NCBI GenBank assembly: GCA_963705105.1
Contig: CAVPIW010000007.1
Location: 1 to 64,000, forward strand
Length of the DNA: 64,000 nt
Direction of reading: 5' to 3'
From: an uncultured Nitrospiraceae bacterium
Lineage (GTDB): Bacteria; Nitrospirota; Thermodesulfovibrionia; Thermodesulfovibrionales; Dissulfurispiraceae
The notes beneath the pieces were generated by a model, which did no database searches, had not been told where the DNA came from, and saw only the letters and a list, made by a program, of their open reading frames with translations. A program made the position numbers and the translations under genes. Every line of letters begins with the position of its first letter. Position 1 is the first letter of the stretch. Positions 45,307 to 53,646 of the stretch are shown piece by piece.

Positions 45307-46245
45307 TTACATTAACTCGTCGATGAATTTGTCTACTGCCGCTGCGGCTTCGGGGTGTCTCATGATGAGGAGTTCGGCGCCGGCGATCATAAGGGACGCC
45401 GCAGTGACCGCCTCCCAGAGAACGGCGCGCTCCTTGAGTGCGCCCAGTTGCGGGAGATCGGCCTCGGGGGCCTGGGCTTCCTTCGTCTTCCACGTGAACA
45501 TGCCCACATCGGCGACCATGGGTGTCATCATGGTGGCGTCGTTCTGGGCGAGCGCGGTCAGGCGGATCCTCTCCATGACCGAATAGGTGTATTCAAGGCC
45601 GTAGCCGAGGGCCGAGCACATCGGGTCGGCGATGAGCCGCTCCTTGTCGAAGCCCATCTGGGTGATGAGGATATTGAGCTGCTTCGAGAGGTTGATGTCC
45701 AGCTCCGACATGGCGATCAGTTTGTGGTCGTGCGCCATTGCCGCAGCCGCTATGGTCTTGTAGTTGGCTTCCTGGGCCTTTCCGATGATGAAATTCTTGC
45801 CCTTCGCCGCTTCTGCAGCGGCGACGAGTACCTGGGCGTCCTTCTCCGCGTTGTTGCTGCCGAGGATGATGAGCGGGACGGACACGGCGTTCATGACGTC
45901 CGTGACGGTCTTCGCCGCATCGGCGGGGGAGCGGTTTTCCCTGTCGGGATGGGTGCCGATCAGCCTGAGGCAGATCATCTTCGCGCCCAGGGTGTCCTGG
46001 CAGTATTTCGCCCATGTGACGGGGTCGCCGGAAACGCTCGCATACACTGCCTTTATCGTATCCGCCCAGTCTTCCGGCGGAACATCCTGGACCTCAAAGG
46101 CTATGACGGGTCTGTTCGGGAAGTTCCCCTCAAAGGAGTTGAACGGCAGGGAATTTTCCCCCCCGATGACGACCGGTGAATCCGTTCCTACTGCGAGTTG
46201 GTAGACTTTGCCCGCGTACGTGTCTTTCGGTGCAGTAAAAGCCAT
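45307..46245 (-). CDS. acsD: Corrinoid iron-sulfur protein, small subunit
   Basis: GGENSLPF..FEG, DINLSKQLN, ALGYGLEYTYSVMERIR, MRHP. Confidence 0.96.
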   Translation of the reverse strand: MAFTAPKDTYAGKVYQLAVGTDSPVVIGGENSLPFNSFEGNFPNRPVIAFEVQDVPPEDWADTIKAVYASVSGDPVTWAKYCQDTLGAKMICLRLIGTHPDRENRSPADAAKTVTDVMNAVSVPLIILGSNNAEKDAQVLVAAAEAAKGKNFIIGKAQEANYKTIAAAAMAHDHKLIAMSELDINLSKQLNILITQMGFDKERLIADPMCSALGYGLEYTYSVMERIRLTALAQNDATMMTPMVADVGMFTWKTKEAQAPEADLPQLGALKERAVLWEAVTAASLMIAGAELLIMRHPEAAAAVDKFIDELM

Positions 46246-46254
46246 ATATTCCTC

Positions 46255-47037
46255 CTACATTTCGAGATATGAATGTGCATAGAGGGTTTTGCCCATTATG
46301 ACATCGATTGTTTTCGCCGTTTCAGCCACCTCGTGGGAGTCGGCTATCGCCGCTGTCAGGCCCTCGTACTGGAGAAGGGCAAGGTAGTACTTGTTAAGGA
46401 TCGGCCTCAGTGCCTTGGGGCACCCGTTGGAGATGTTGCTCAGTCCGACGACGGTCTTCATCGGGGGGTCGTTCAGGTCCTGGAACATCCGGATGGTCTG
46501 GAGGACTTTGATCGCCTGGTCCTGCGTCGTGGCGATCTGCAGGACGAGGGGATCGAGGTAGAGGTCCTCGACGGGCATACCGTACTCCATGGCCCTCCCC
46601 ATGATCTCGGCCGCGATTCCGGACCTTTCCTCTGCATCGGCTGGCAGTCCGCCCTTGCCGACGGTGAGTCCGATACAGAGCGAGTTGTACTTCGCCGCAA
46701 GCTCAAGGATGGGGAATCTCTCGGGGTCATTGGAGGTTGAATTTATCAGCGGCCTCCCCCACTCACTGTTATGCACTTTGAGACCCGCCTCGATGGCCGA
46801 GGCGTTCGTCGTATCGAGGCATACGGGAAGGGACACCACTTCCTGTATCGTGGTGACCATCCATTCCATGAGGGCCTCTCCACCGCTCTCCGCAGGGCCG
46901 ATGTTTGCATCGATCATGCCCGACCCCTCTTTCCACTGTCTGATCGCGATTTCCTGAATCGGTCCCTTGTCCCGGTTCATCATAGCTTCACGGACCCGTT
47001 TCGCTATGACACTCAACTTCTCGCCAATGATCAGCAT
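46255..47037 (-). CDS. acsE: Methyltetrahydrofolate:corrinoid Fe-S protein methyltransferase
   Basis: MLIIGE, CLDTTN, LINS, DPL, VGLSNISNG pterin-binding barrel in acs context. Confidence 0.93.
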   Translation of the reverse strand: MLIIGEKLSVIAKRVREAMMNRDKGPIQEIAIRQWKEGSGMIDANIGPAESGGEALMEWMVTTIQEVVSLPVCLDTTNASAIEAGLKVHNSEWGRPLINSTSNDPERFPILELAAKYNSLCIGLTVGKGGLPADAEERSGIAAEIMGRAMEYGMPVEDLYLDPLVLQIATTQDQAIKVLQTIRMFQDLNDPPMKTVVGLSNISNGCPKALRPILNKYYLALLQYEGLTAAIADSHEVAETAKTIDVIMGKTLYAHSYLEM

Positions 47038-47106
47038 ATTCCTCTCCTTTCTTCTATGTTAGGATAACTGCCAAGCGCGAGACATACCTCGGTCAAGACG
47101 GAAACA

Positions 47107-47135
47107 AATATATCACATCATGATTTATAAGTAAA
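47107..47135 (-). promoter_or_regulatory. Putative sigma70 promoter of acsE-acsD-acsC-acsB
   Basis: TTTACT-N17-TATATT with TGn extension in an AT-rich spacer. Confidence 0.55.
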
Positions 47136-47210
47136 GTTTATTTTTTTAAGCAGTGCATAATAAAAAATTATAGGTCCCCCGGTCCACATTCCCGCCTTCA
47201 GAGAGCCCTT

Positions 47211-47978
47211 TTACGGGATCTGCAGTCCGTCCAGAATGTTGAAATACGCCTTAACCGACGGGCTATCTTCAGGCAGATGGGCGACAGGCTTGCCCTCCAG
47301 GTCGTACCTGAAAACCATTTCATCCTGGGGCACTACACCGCCGACGGTCAGGCCGTATTGCTCGGCGACTTTTGTCAGCACGACGGCATCCTCATCTCCA
47401 TGCACCCGGTTGATGATGACGATGCGCCTGTCGATGTCGAGCTGGATCTCGTCCACGAGTTCATTGATTCTCTTGCACGTGAGCACGCCCTTTGCCGTCG
47501 GATCGCTCACGATGAGGAGGATGTCCACCTTGTGCGTCGTCCTCCTGCTCAGGTGCTCCATGCCCGCCTCATTGTCGATGACGACATAGGGGTATTTCTC
47601 GGAGAGGATGTCCGTGTACTTCCTGATGATGTTGTTCGCAACGCAGTAGCAGCCGGAGCCTTCGGGCCTGCCCATGACCATCAGATCGATGCCCGTCGAC
47701 TCGATGATCGACTGCTGTACCTGGTAATCGAAATACTCTTCCGCCGACATCCCGCCGGGACGTTCGCCCTGGCGCACCTTGATGACGGACTCCTCCCTCA
47801 TCCTCCCGATCGTCGTGTCAACGGCGATGCCGAGGGCCTCGTTGAGGCATGAGTTCGAGTCCGCATCGACGGCGAGGACAGGCCCTTTCCTCTTCGTCGT
47901 CAGGTATTTGATGGTCAGTCCCGCGAGACTCGTCTTTCCCGTTCCCCCCTTGCCTGCAAAGGCGATCGTAAATGCCAT
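47211..47978 (-). CDS. cooC: CooC/AcsF nickel-insertion ATPase
   Basis: GKGGTGKT, DAD, GRPEGSGCYC, DNEAGMEHLSR. Confidence 0.95.
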   Translation of the reverse strand: MAFTIAFAGKGGTGKTSLAGLTIKYLTTKRKGPVLAVDADSNSCLNEALGIAVDTTIGRMREESVIKVRQGERPGGMSAEEYFDYQVQQSIIESTGIDLMVMGRPEGSGCYCVANNIIRKYTDILSEKYPYVVIDNEAGMEHLSRRTTHKVDILLIVSDPTAKGVLTCKRINELVDEIQLDIDRRIVIINRVHGDEDAVVLTKVAEQYGLTVGGVVPQDEMVFRYDLEGKPVAHLPEDSPSVKAYFNILDGLQIP

Positions 47979-48080
47979 CTATTCAGTCCTCCTCGTAGTG
48001 ATACGTAAGCTATAGGCTCCTGGCCAAAACAAACTTCTTAAAATGCAGTCAATAGCAAAGCATCAATTGGTATATAATTC

Positions 48081-48158
48081 TGTCATTCCGGAATCTTTCT
48101 TCAGTTTCAGAAGGATTCCCGACGCCCCCGCATGGAGTGCGGGGTTGCGGGAATGACA
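48081..48158. repeat. REP-like palindromic element
   Basis: TGTCATTCC...GGAATGACA outer IR with internal GAATCT/AGGATTC and CCCCGCA/TGCGGGG hairpins. Confidence 0.75.
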
Positions 48159-48250
48159 AACTGTGTGATCTCCTTTGCATATCCCCGCTGGTCCTGATCA
48201 TTTGGGACGCCATTACAAATAATACGTTTAAATCGCAGATACCCCGCCCC

Positions 48251-48904
48251 TTAATGCAGTTGCAGCGACGCAAGCACGTCCGGCAATTCCGCGAACCGGT
48301 CTATGAGCACATCGGCGTCTCCGAGCATGTGCCGGGGACGATACCCGTAGGTCACCGCAACGGTTTTCACCCCCGCCGCCCTGCCCGCCTGGATGTCGTA
48401 CGTGCTGTCACCCACCATGACCGCCTCCCCGGCAGAGAGTCCGAACTTCTCGATAACATACATCAGGGGCCGGGGCGAAGGCTTTCTTTCGGGAGTGGTG
48501 TCACTCCCGACGATGACATCGAAGAAGCCGGTGAGGCCGAACTCCCTGAGCACCCCTGCGGTGAGCAACTCCCGCTTGTTCGATATGACAGCCTTACGGT
48601 ACCCGTCAAGCCTGTGCAGGGTCTCTGTCACATCGGGATAAACAGTCGTAAAATCAACAAGATGAGCAGCGTAGAAGCGAAGATAACGTTCGACTGCCCC
48701 GTCTGTGTCGATCGTGACTTTCTCCCTCTCGGCAAGTTTTTCCATGAGCCGGGAAATGCCCTCGCCAACGAGGGCCGTAATCTCCTCCACCGTCGCCGGA
48801 CTGATCCCAACCGGGGCTAATGCGTGGTTGACAGCATTCGTGATATCTCTGCGGGAATCGACGAGGGTACCATCGAGATCAAAAAGTATCAGCCTGACGG
48901 ACAC
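48251..48904 (-). CDS. HAD-family phosphatase (phosphoglycolate phosphatase-like)
   Basis: FDLDGTLVDS, ISNK, KPSP, VGDSTYDI. Confidence 0.93.
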   Translation of the reverse strand: MSVRLILFDLDGTLVDSRRDITNAVNHALAPVGISPATVEEITALVGEGISRLMEKLAEREKVTIDTDGAVERYLRFYAAHLVDFTTVYPDVTETLHRLDGYRKAVISNKRELLTAGVLREFGLTGFFDVIVGSDTTPERKPSPRPLMYVIEKFGLSAGEAVMVGDSTYDIQAGRAAGVKTVAVTYGYRPRHMLGDADVLIDRFAELPDVLASLQLH

Positions 48905-48962
48905 CGGTTAGTTTACACGAAAACGACAGAAAACCTCAACAGGGAAGCAGGCTGACCTTTCA

Positions 48963-49160
48963 GTTGCATCGAAAGGCGGGGCGAAGCGCCTCAAAGCCCT
49001 GCTGAAGGCGACGATGAGCCTCGCCAGGTTCGTCTTTCATGATTCCACTCTCTGTGCGATGGACCATTAGTCTGAAGCCTTGTCTTCTGCAACTATTAAG
49101 GTGTCGCCACATCAAGGTTTTCGGCACATACACCCCGCCTTTCGATCTGGCGCATGCAAC
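48963..49160. mobile_element. 198-bp MITE-like element (inverted relative to 38368-38565)
   Basis: GTTGCATCGAAAGGCGGGGCGAAG...CCCCGCCTTTCGATCTGGCGCATGCAAC. Confidence 0.7.
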
Positions 49161-49171
49161 AATCAGGTTGA

Positions 49172-49208
49172 CTATAAAAATAAAAGGCGCTGCCGTTGCA
49201 GCGCCTTC
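49172..49208 (-). terminator. Intrinsic terminator ending the alpha operon
   Basis: AAGGCGCTGC-n4-GCAGCGCCTT followed by TTATTTTT on the minus strand. Confidence 0.85.
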
Positions 49209-49237
49209 CGTTCACGGGGAAATCGTTGTCGTATGCC

Positions 49238-49372
49238 CTATTTGCACTTTTTCCGGTCTCCCGAACCGGGTTGGGGAACGGCTCAGGTCGGTACGCCGAG
49301 TTTCGGAAGGATGACGAACTGCAGGAGCACCCAGACGATCGCGATACCGGCACCGATCAGGATCTCGCTCAT
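49238..49372 (-). CDS. Small membrane protein, 29 aa to UGA or 44 aa with Sec readthrough (candidate selenoprotein)
   Basis: MSEILIGAGIAIVWVLLQFVILPKLGVPT-UGA-AVPQPGSGDRKKCK-TAG; ATG overlaps the rplQ stop; SECIS-like hairpin after the UGA. Confidence 0.65.
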
Positions 49373-49788
49373 GCCTTCTTGCTCTCCTTTTTGCCCTCTT
49401 TCTTCTTCTCCTGCTGCGATGGCCTGACGGTCTCGTAATCGATGAATTCGATGACGGCCATCGGCGCCCTGTCCTTCAGTCTCTGCCGGGTCTGAACGAT
49501 TCTCAGGTATCCCCCGTTTCTGTCGACAAAGCGGGGGGCTATATCGGAAAAGAGTTTTGCCACAACGGCGCGGTTCGGTATGTACGAAAAGACCATCCTC
49601 TTTGCGTGCAGGTCCCCTCTCTTTCCGAAGGTGACGAGCTTTTCCGCTATTCCCCTGATCGCTTTTGCCCGTGCAAGGGTCGTCTCTATGCGCTGATACT
49701 CGAAAAGCGAGGCCACAAGACCCCGCAGGAGCGCTTTTCTCTGATTTGCCGTCCTGTTGAAGTGACGGGTCCCCACATTATGACGCAT
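49369..49788 (-). CDS. rplQ: 50S ribosomal protein L17
   Basis: MRH...RIETTLARAK...RNGGYLRI. Confidence 0.98.
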   Translation of the reverse strand: MRHNVGTRHFNRTANQRKALLRGLVASLFEYQRIETTLARAKAIRGIAEKLVTFGKRGDLHAKRMVFSYIPNRAVVAKLFSDIAPRFVDRNGGYLRIVQTRQRLKDRAPMAVIEFIDYETVRPSQQEKKKEGKKESKKA

Positions 49789-50812
49789 TGTTTGCCCTCC
49801 CCCCTCTCTGAAGTGCCGTGCCGCCCTCGGCGTCGGAGTTCTCGATCCTCATGCCGAAATTGAGTCCCATGGTCGTCAGGATATCCCGGATCTCGTTCAG
49901 AGACTTCCTGCCGAAGTTCTTCGTCCTCAGCATCTCGTGTTCGGTCCTCTGCACCAGATCGGCTATTGTCTTGATGTTGGCGTTTTTCAGGCAGTTGTAC
50001 GCCCTGACAGACAGTTCAAGCTCATCAATGTTTTTCATCAGGTTCTCATTGAAGGCCGGGTTCGAGGCGCTGAGGCTCACCGTCCCGACATGCTCGCTCG
50101 CCGCGGTGGGTTCCTGAACGAAAATGAAAAGATCAAGATGATCGATAAGGATGAACGCCGCGTCACTGACTGCGCGCTCAGGACTCACGCTGCCGTCGGT
50201 CCAGATCTCCATGATGAGCTTATCATAATCGGTTGAACGGCCGACTCTCACCTTATCGACCCAGAAATTGACTTTCCTGATGGGGGTGAAGACGGAATCG
50301 GTCACAATGACATCCACCGGGAGATCTTCCTCTTTGTTGAGCTCGGCCGGCGCATACCCTTTCCCCTTTTTCACATAGAGTTCCATCTCCAGATTGGTTC
50401 CCTCATCGACGGTGGCCAGATATTGCTCCTTGTTCAGCACATCCAGGCCCGAGTCGGTCCGGAGGTCATCGGCGGTGACGACCTTATGGCCTTTGACCTG
50501 GACGGTGACGATCCTTCTCTCATCGCCGTACATCCTGAACCGCAGCTTCTTGACGTTCAGGATGATATCGACGACGTCTTCCTTTACCCCTTTTATGGCC
50601 GAAAATTCGTGAAGCACACCGGGAATCCGGATCCCTGTGACAGCAGCACCCTCGATCGATGAGAGTAAAACCCTGCGGAGAGAATTGCCGATTGTGGTCC
50701 CGTATCCCCGCTCCAGCGGCTCGACTACCAGCTTTCCGTACGACTGTGTCAGGGTTTCTTCCTCAAAGGTGATCTTCTTGGGTAACTGAAATCCCATTTT
50801 CACAAGATCCAT
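49778..50812 (-). CDS. rpoA: RNA polymerase alpha subunit
   Basis: EPLERGYGTTIGNSLRRVLLSSI, LELSVRAYNCLK, NFGRKSL. Confidence 0.98.
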   Translation of the reverse strand: MDLVKMGFQLPKKITFEEETLTQSYGKLVVEPLERGYGTTIGNSLRRVLLSSIEGAAVTGIRIPGVLHEFSAIKGVKEDVVDIILNVKKLRFRMYGDERRIVTVQVKGHKVVTADDLRTDSGLDVLNKEQYLATVDEGTNLEMELYVKKGKGYAPAELNKEEDLPVDVIVTDSVFTPIRKVNFWVDKVRVGRSTDYDKLIMEIWTDGSVSPERAVSDAAFILIDHLDLFIFVQEPTAASEHVGTVSLSASNPAFNENLMKNIDELELSVRAYNCLKNANIKTIADLVQRTEHEMLRTKNFGRKSLNEIRDILTTMGLNFGMRIENSDAEGGTALQRGGRANNAS

Positions 50813-50901
50813 AACAAGGCCTCCTCTGCCCAAACTCTATGAGTTACTTCAATTAATCCGCTCCGCATCGACGGGACAGCCGGCGAGCCGGCCGGCACAG
50901 T

Positions 50902-51528
50902 TTACTTCGAATAGAATTCGACGATGAGCTGTTCCTGAACGGGCAACTGTATCTCTTCCCTCGATGGAATTCTGGTGAACCTTCCCCTGACCTGCTGCAG
51001 ATCCAGCTCGATCCATGCAGGGAATCCCCTCTGCTCGGCAACGGCAAGGCTGTCCAGGATTGTCTGGTTGGTCCTGCTCTTCTCCCTTGCTTCGACGACA
51101 TCGCCGGGCCGGAGCAGGTAGGACGCAATATTCACGGGTCTGCCGTTTACGAGAAAATGCCTGTGCGTCACGAGCTGCCGCGCTTCCCGTCTGTTCTTCG
51201 CAAAACCCATTCTGAACACCGCATTGTCGAGCCTTCTCTCGAGCATCTGGAGCAGGACTTCACCGGTGATACCCTTTGTCTTGGAGGCCTTCTCGAAATA
51301 AATCCGGAACTGGTTCTCCATGATCCCGTATATCTTGCGGACTTTCTGCTTCTCCCGCAGCTGCACCCCGTAATCGGAAAGCTTTCCTCTGCCCTGCCCG
51401 TGCTGTCCCGGGGCGTACTTACGCCTTTCAACGCCGCACTTCTCCGTGTAACAGCGCTCTCCCTTCAGGAAGAGCTTTTCCGTCTCCCTCCTGCACAGCC
51501 TGCACAATGGTCCCGTATAGCGTGCCAT
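50902..51528 (-). CDS. rpsD: 30S ribosomal protein S4 (Cys-containing form)
   Basis: [34 protein letters not shown]. Confidence 0.98.
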   Translation of the reverse strand: MARYTGPLCRLCRRETEKLFLKGERCYTEKCGVERRKYAPGQHGQGRGKLSDYGVQLREKQKVRKIYGIMENQFRIYFEKASKTKGITGEVLLQMLERRLDNAVFRMGFAKNRREARQLVTHRHFLVNGRPVNIASYLLRPGDVVEAREKSRTNQTILDSLAVAEQRGFPAWIELDLQQVRGRFTRIPSREEIQLPVQEQLIVEFYSK

Positions 51529-51529
51529 G

Positions 51530-51916
51530 TTACACTCTCCTCCTCTTGGGAGGCCTGCAGCCATTGTGCGGGACAGGAGTCACGTCCTTGATGAGCGTGA
51601 TCTCGAGACCCGCCGCCTGGAGGGCCCGAATCGCCGTCTCCCTGCCTGCGCCCGGTCCTTTCACGTATACCTCGACCTGTCTGAGCCCCATTTCCATCGC
51701 CTTTTTCGCAGCAGTTTCAGAGGCAAGCTGGGCTGCAAAAGGGGTTCCCTTTCTCGACCCCTTGAAGCCGAGGCTTCCGGCACTGGACCATGCGATCACG
51801 TTGCCGATCAGGTCGGTGATGGTTACGATCGTATTGTTGAAGGTCGTCTGTATATGGGCCGCACCGTTGGGTATATTTTTCTTTACTTTCTTTCCGGTCC
51901 TCTTCTTTTGAGCCAT
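51530..51916 (-). CDS. rpsK: 30S ribosomal protein S11
   Basis: [33 protein letters not shown]. Confidence 0.98.
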   Translation of the reverse strand: MAQKKRTGKKVKKNIPNGAAHIQTTFNNTIVTITDLIGNVIAWSSAGSLGFKGSRKGTPFAAQLASETAAKKAMEMGLRQVEVYVKGPGAGRETAIRALQAAGLEITLIKDVTPVPHNGCRPPKRRRV

Positions 51917-51934
51917 ACCGTACTGTCCTCCTCG

Positions 51935-52300
51935 TTACTTTTTCTTGATCACAAGCCTTCTGGGACCCTTCCTCGTGCGGGCGTTGGTCCGTGTCCGCTG
52001 CCCCCTGACGGGAAGATGGGCGTGATGTCGCTGCCCCCTGTAACACCCGATATCGGTGAGCCTCTTTATATTCATGGCAATGTCACGGCGAAGATCACCC
52101 TCGACCTGATAGTCCTTCTCAATGAGATTCCTGATCTTGACGATGTCAGCGTCGGTCAGGTCCTTGACCCTCACGTTCGGATTGACGTCCACGTCCTTCA
52201 GTATCTTGTTCGACAGCGGTCTTCCGATGCCGAATATGCGTGTGAGGCCGATCTCCACCCGCTCGTTTTTCGGCAGATCAACACCTGCGATTCGCGCCAT
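51935..52300 (-). CDS. rpsM: 30S ribosomal protein S13
   Basis: [27 protein letters not shown]. Confidence 0.98.
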   Translation of the reverse strand: MARIAGVDLPKNERVEIGLTRIFGIGRPLSNKILKDVDVNPNVRVKDLTDADIVKIRNLIEKDYQVEGDLRRDIAMNIKRLTDIGCYRGQRHHAHLPVRGQRTRTNARTRKGPRRLVIKKK

Positions 52301-52320
52301 ACACTGCTCCTTGTCTTAGA

Positions 52321-52352
52321 AAGTAATTAAGTAACTAAGTTATTAAGTTATT
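52321..52352. repeat. 8-bp AT-rich tandem repeat, 4 units
   Basis: AAGTAATT AAGTAACT AAGTTATT AAGTTATT in the rpsM leader. Confidence 0.85.
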
Positions 52353-52450
52353 GATAATCGGACAGCCAAACTGTTCAACACCGGGTCATCAGGCATCCCG
52401 CCGTGACGTCCCGGTGAACACATCGACCCCGCTGTTCAATTGTCCTGATG

Positions 52451-52564
52451 CTATCCCTGCTTCTGTTTGTGCCGTGGATTTTCGCAGAGAATCCTGACGA
52501 TGCCGCTTCTCTTGACGATCTTGCACTTCGTGCACATAGGTTTTACAGAGGGTCTGACTTTCAT
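52451..52564 (-). CDS. rpmJ: 50S ribosomal protein L36 (not in the ORF track)
   Basis: Manual translation [37 protein letters not shown]. Confidence 0.97.
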   Translation of the reverse strand: MKVRPSVKPMCTKCKIVKRSGIVRILCENPRHKQKQG

Positions 52565-52632
52565 GCTCCATCCTCCAGAGAGTGTAATCACAGCGAAAAG
52601 GGAGCGGCCGTCATTCACCGGCCCCTCTCATC

Positions 52633-52851
52633 TCATTTGAATCGGTACGTAATACGCCCTTTCGTGAGGTCGTAGGGTGACAGCTCGACAGTCACCTTGT
52701 CGCCGGGCAGAATCTTTATGAAATGCATCCTCATTTTACCGGACACGTACGCAAGAATGATCTGGCCGTTCTCCAGCCCAACCCTGAACATAGCATTCGG
52801 AAGGGTTTCGATAATGGTTCCCTGGACTTCTATATTCTCTTCTTTTGACAT
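52633..52851 (-). CDS. infA: Translation initiation factor IF-1
   Basis: [36 protein letters not shown]. Confidence 0.98.
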   Translation of the reverse strand: MSKEENIEVQGTIIETLPNAMFRVGLENGQIILAYVSGKMRMHFIKILPGDKVTVELSPYDLTKGRITYRFK

Positions 52852-52877
52852 ATTAACCTTAAAGTATACCTACCGGC

Positions 52878-53627
52878 TTAGATTATAGTCAAGATTTCAG
52901 GACCGTTCTTCAGCACCGCAATGGTATGCTCGAAGTGTGCCGAGAGGCTGCCGTCAGCTGTAACGGCGGTCCATCCGTCCTTCAGAAGGGTCACATCGGA
53001 CCGGCCCGCATTGACCATCGGCTCGATCGCGAGGGTCATCCCTTCCCGTAACCGGGCGCCTTGCCCGGGTTTCCCGAAATTCGGCACCTGGGGGTCCTCG
53101 TGGAGGGACCTGCCTATTCCGTGACCGACAAAGGCACGTACGACGGAATAGCCGTGGGACTCGACGAACTGCTGGATAGCAGCCGAAATGTCCGATACCC
53201 TGTTGCCGACTACGGCCTTCTCTATCCCCGCACAGAGGGCCTTCTCCGTCACGGCGATGAGCCGCTCGGCCTCGGGGCCGATGTCGCCGACGGGAACGGT
53301 GACGGCGGCATCGCCGTAAAATCCGTCCAGGAGAACGCCGATGTCTATGCTCACAATGTCGCCCTCTTTCACTCGCATCGCCTGAGACGGTATCCCGTGG
53401 ACGACCTGGTCATTCAGCGACAAGCACACGCTCGCGGGATAGCCGCGGTAGCCCCTGAAAGCGGGAATCCCTTTCCGTTCACGGATGGCCCTGTCGGCAA
53501 AGTTCTCTATGTCCGATGTCGTGACTCCCGCCCTGATATAAGTCTTCAAGCAGTGAAGCACCTCTGCGACGATCCTGCAGGCCTCCCTGATCCGGGCGAT
53601 TTCCGTTGGCGACTTGACGATTATCAC
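52878..53627 (-). CDS. map: Methionine aminopeptidase type I
   Basis: VVHGIP, DIG...GDAA, GHGIG, AIEPM, SAHFEHT. Confidence 0.97.
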   Translation of the reverse strand: MIIVKSPTEIARIREACRIVAEVLHCLKTYIRAGVTTSDIENFADRAIRERKGIPAFRGYRGYPASVCLSLNDQVVHGIPSQAMRVKEGDIVSIDIGVLLDGFYGDAAVTVPVGDIGPEAERLIAVTEKALCAGIEKAVVGNRVSDISAAIQQFVESHGYSVVRAFVGHGIGRSLHEDPQVPNFGKPGQGARLREGMTLAIEPMVNAGRSDVTLLKDGWTAVTADGSLSAHFEHTIAVLKNGPEILTII

Positions 53628-53646
53628 TCCGCGCCGGTCTCAGCAA

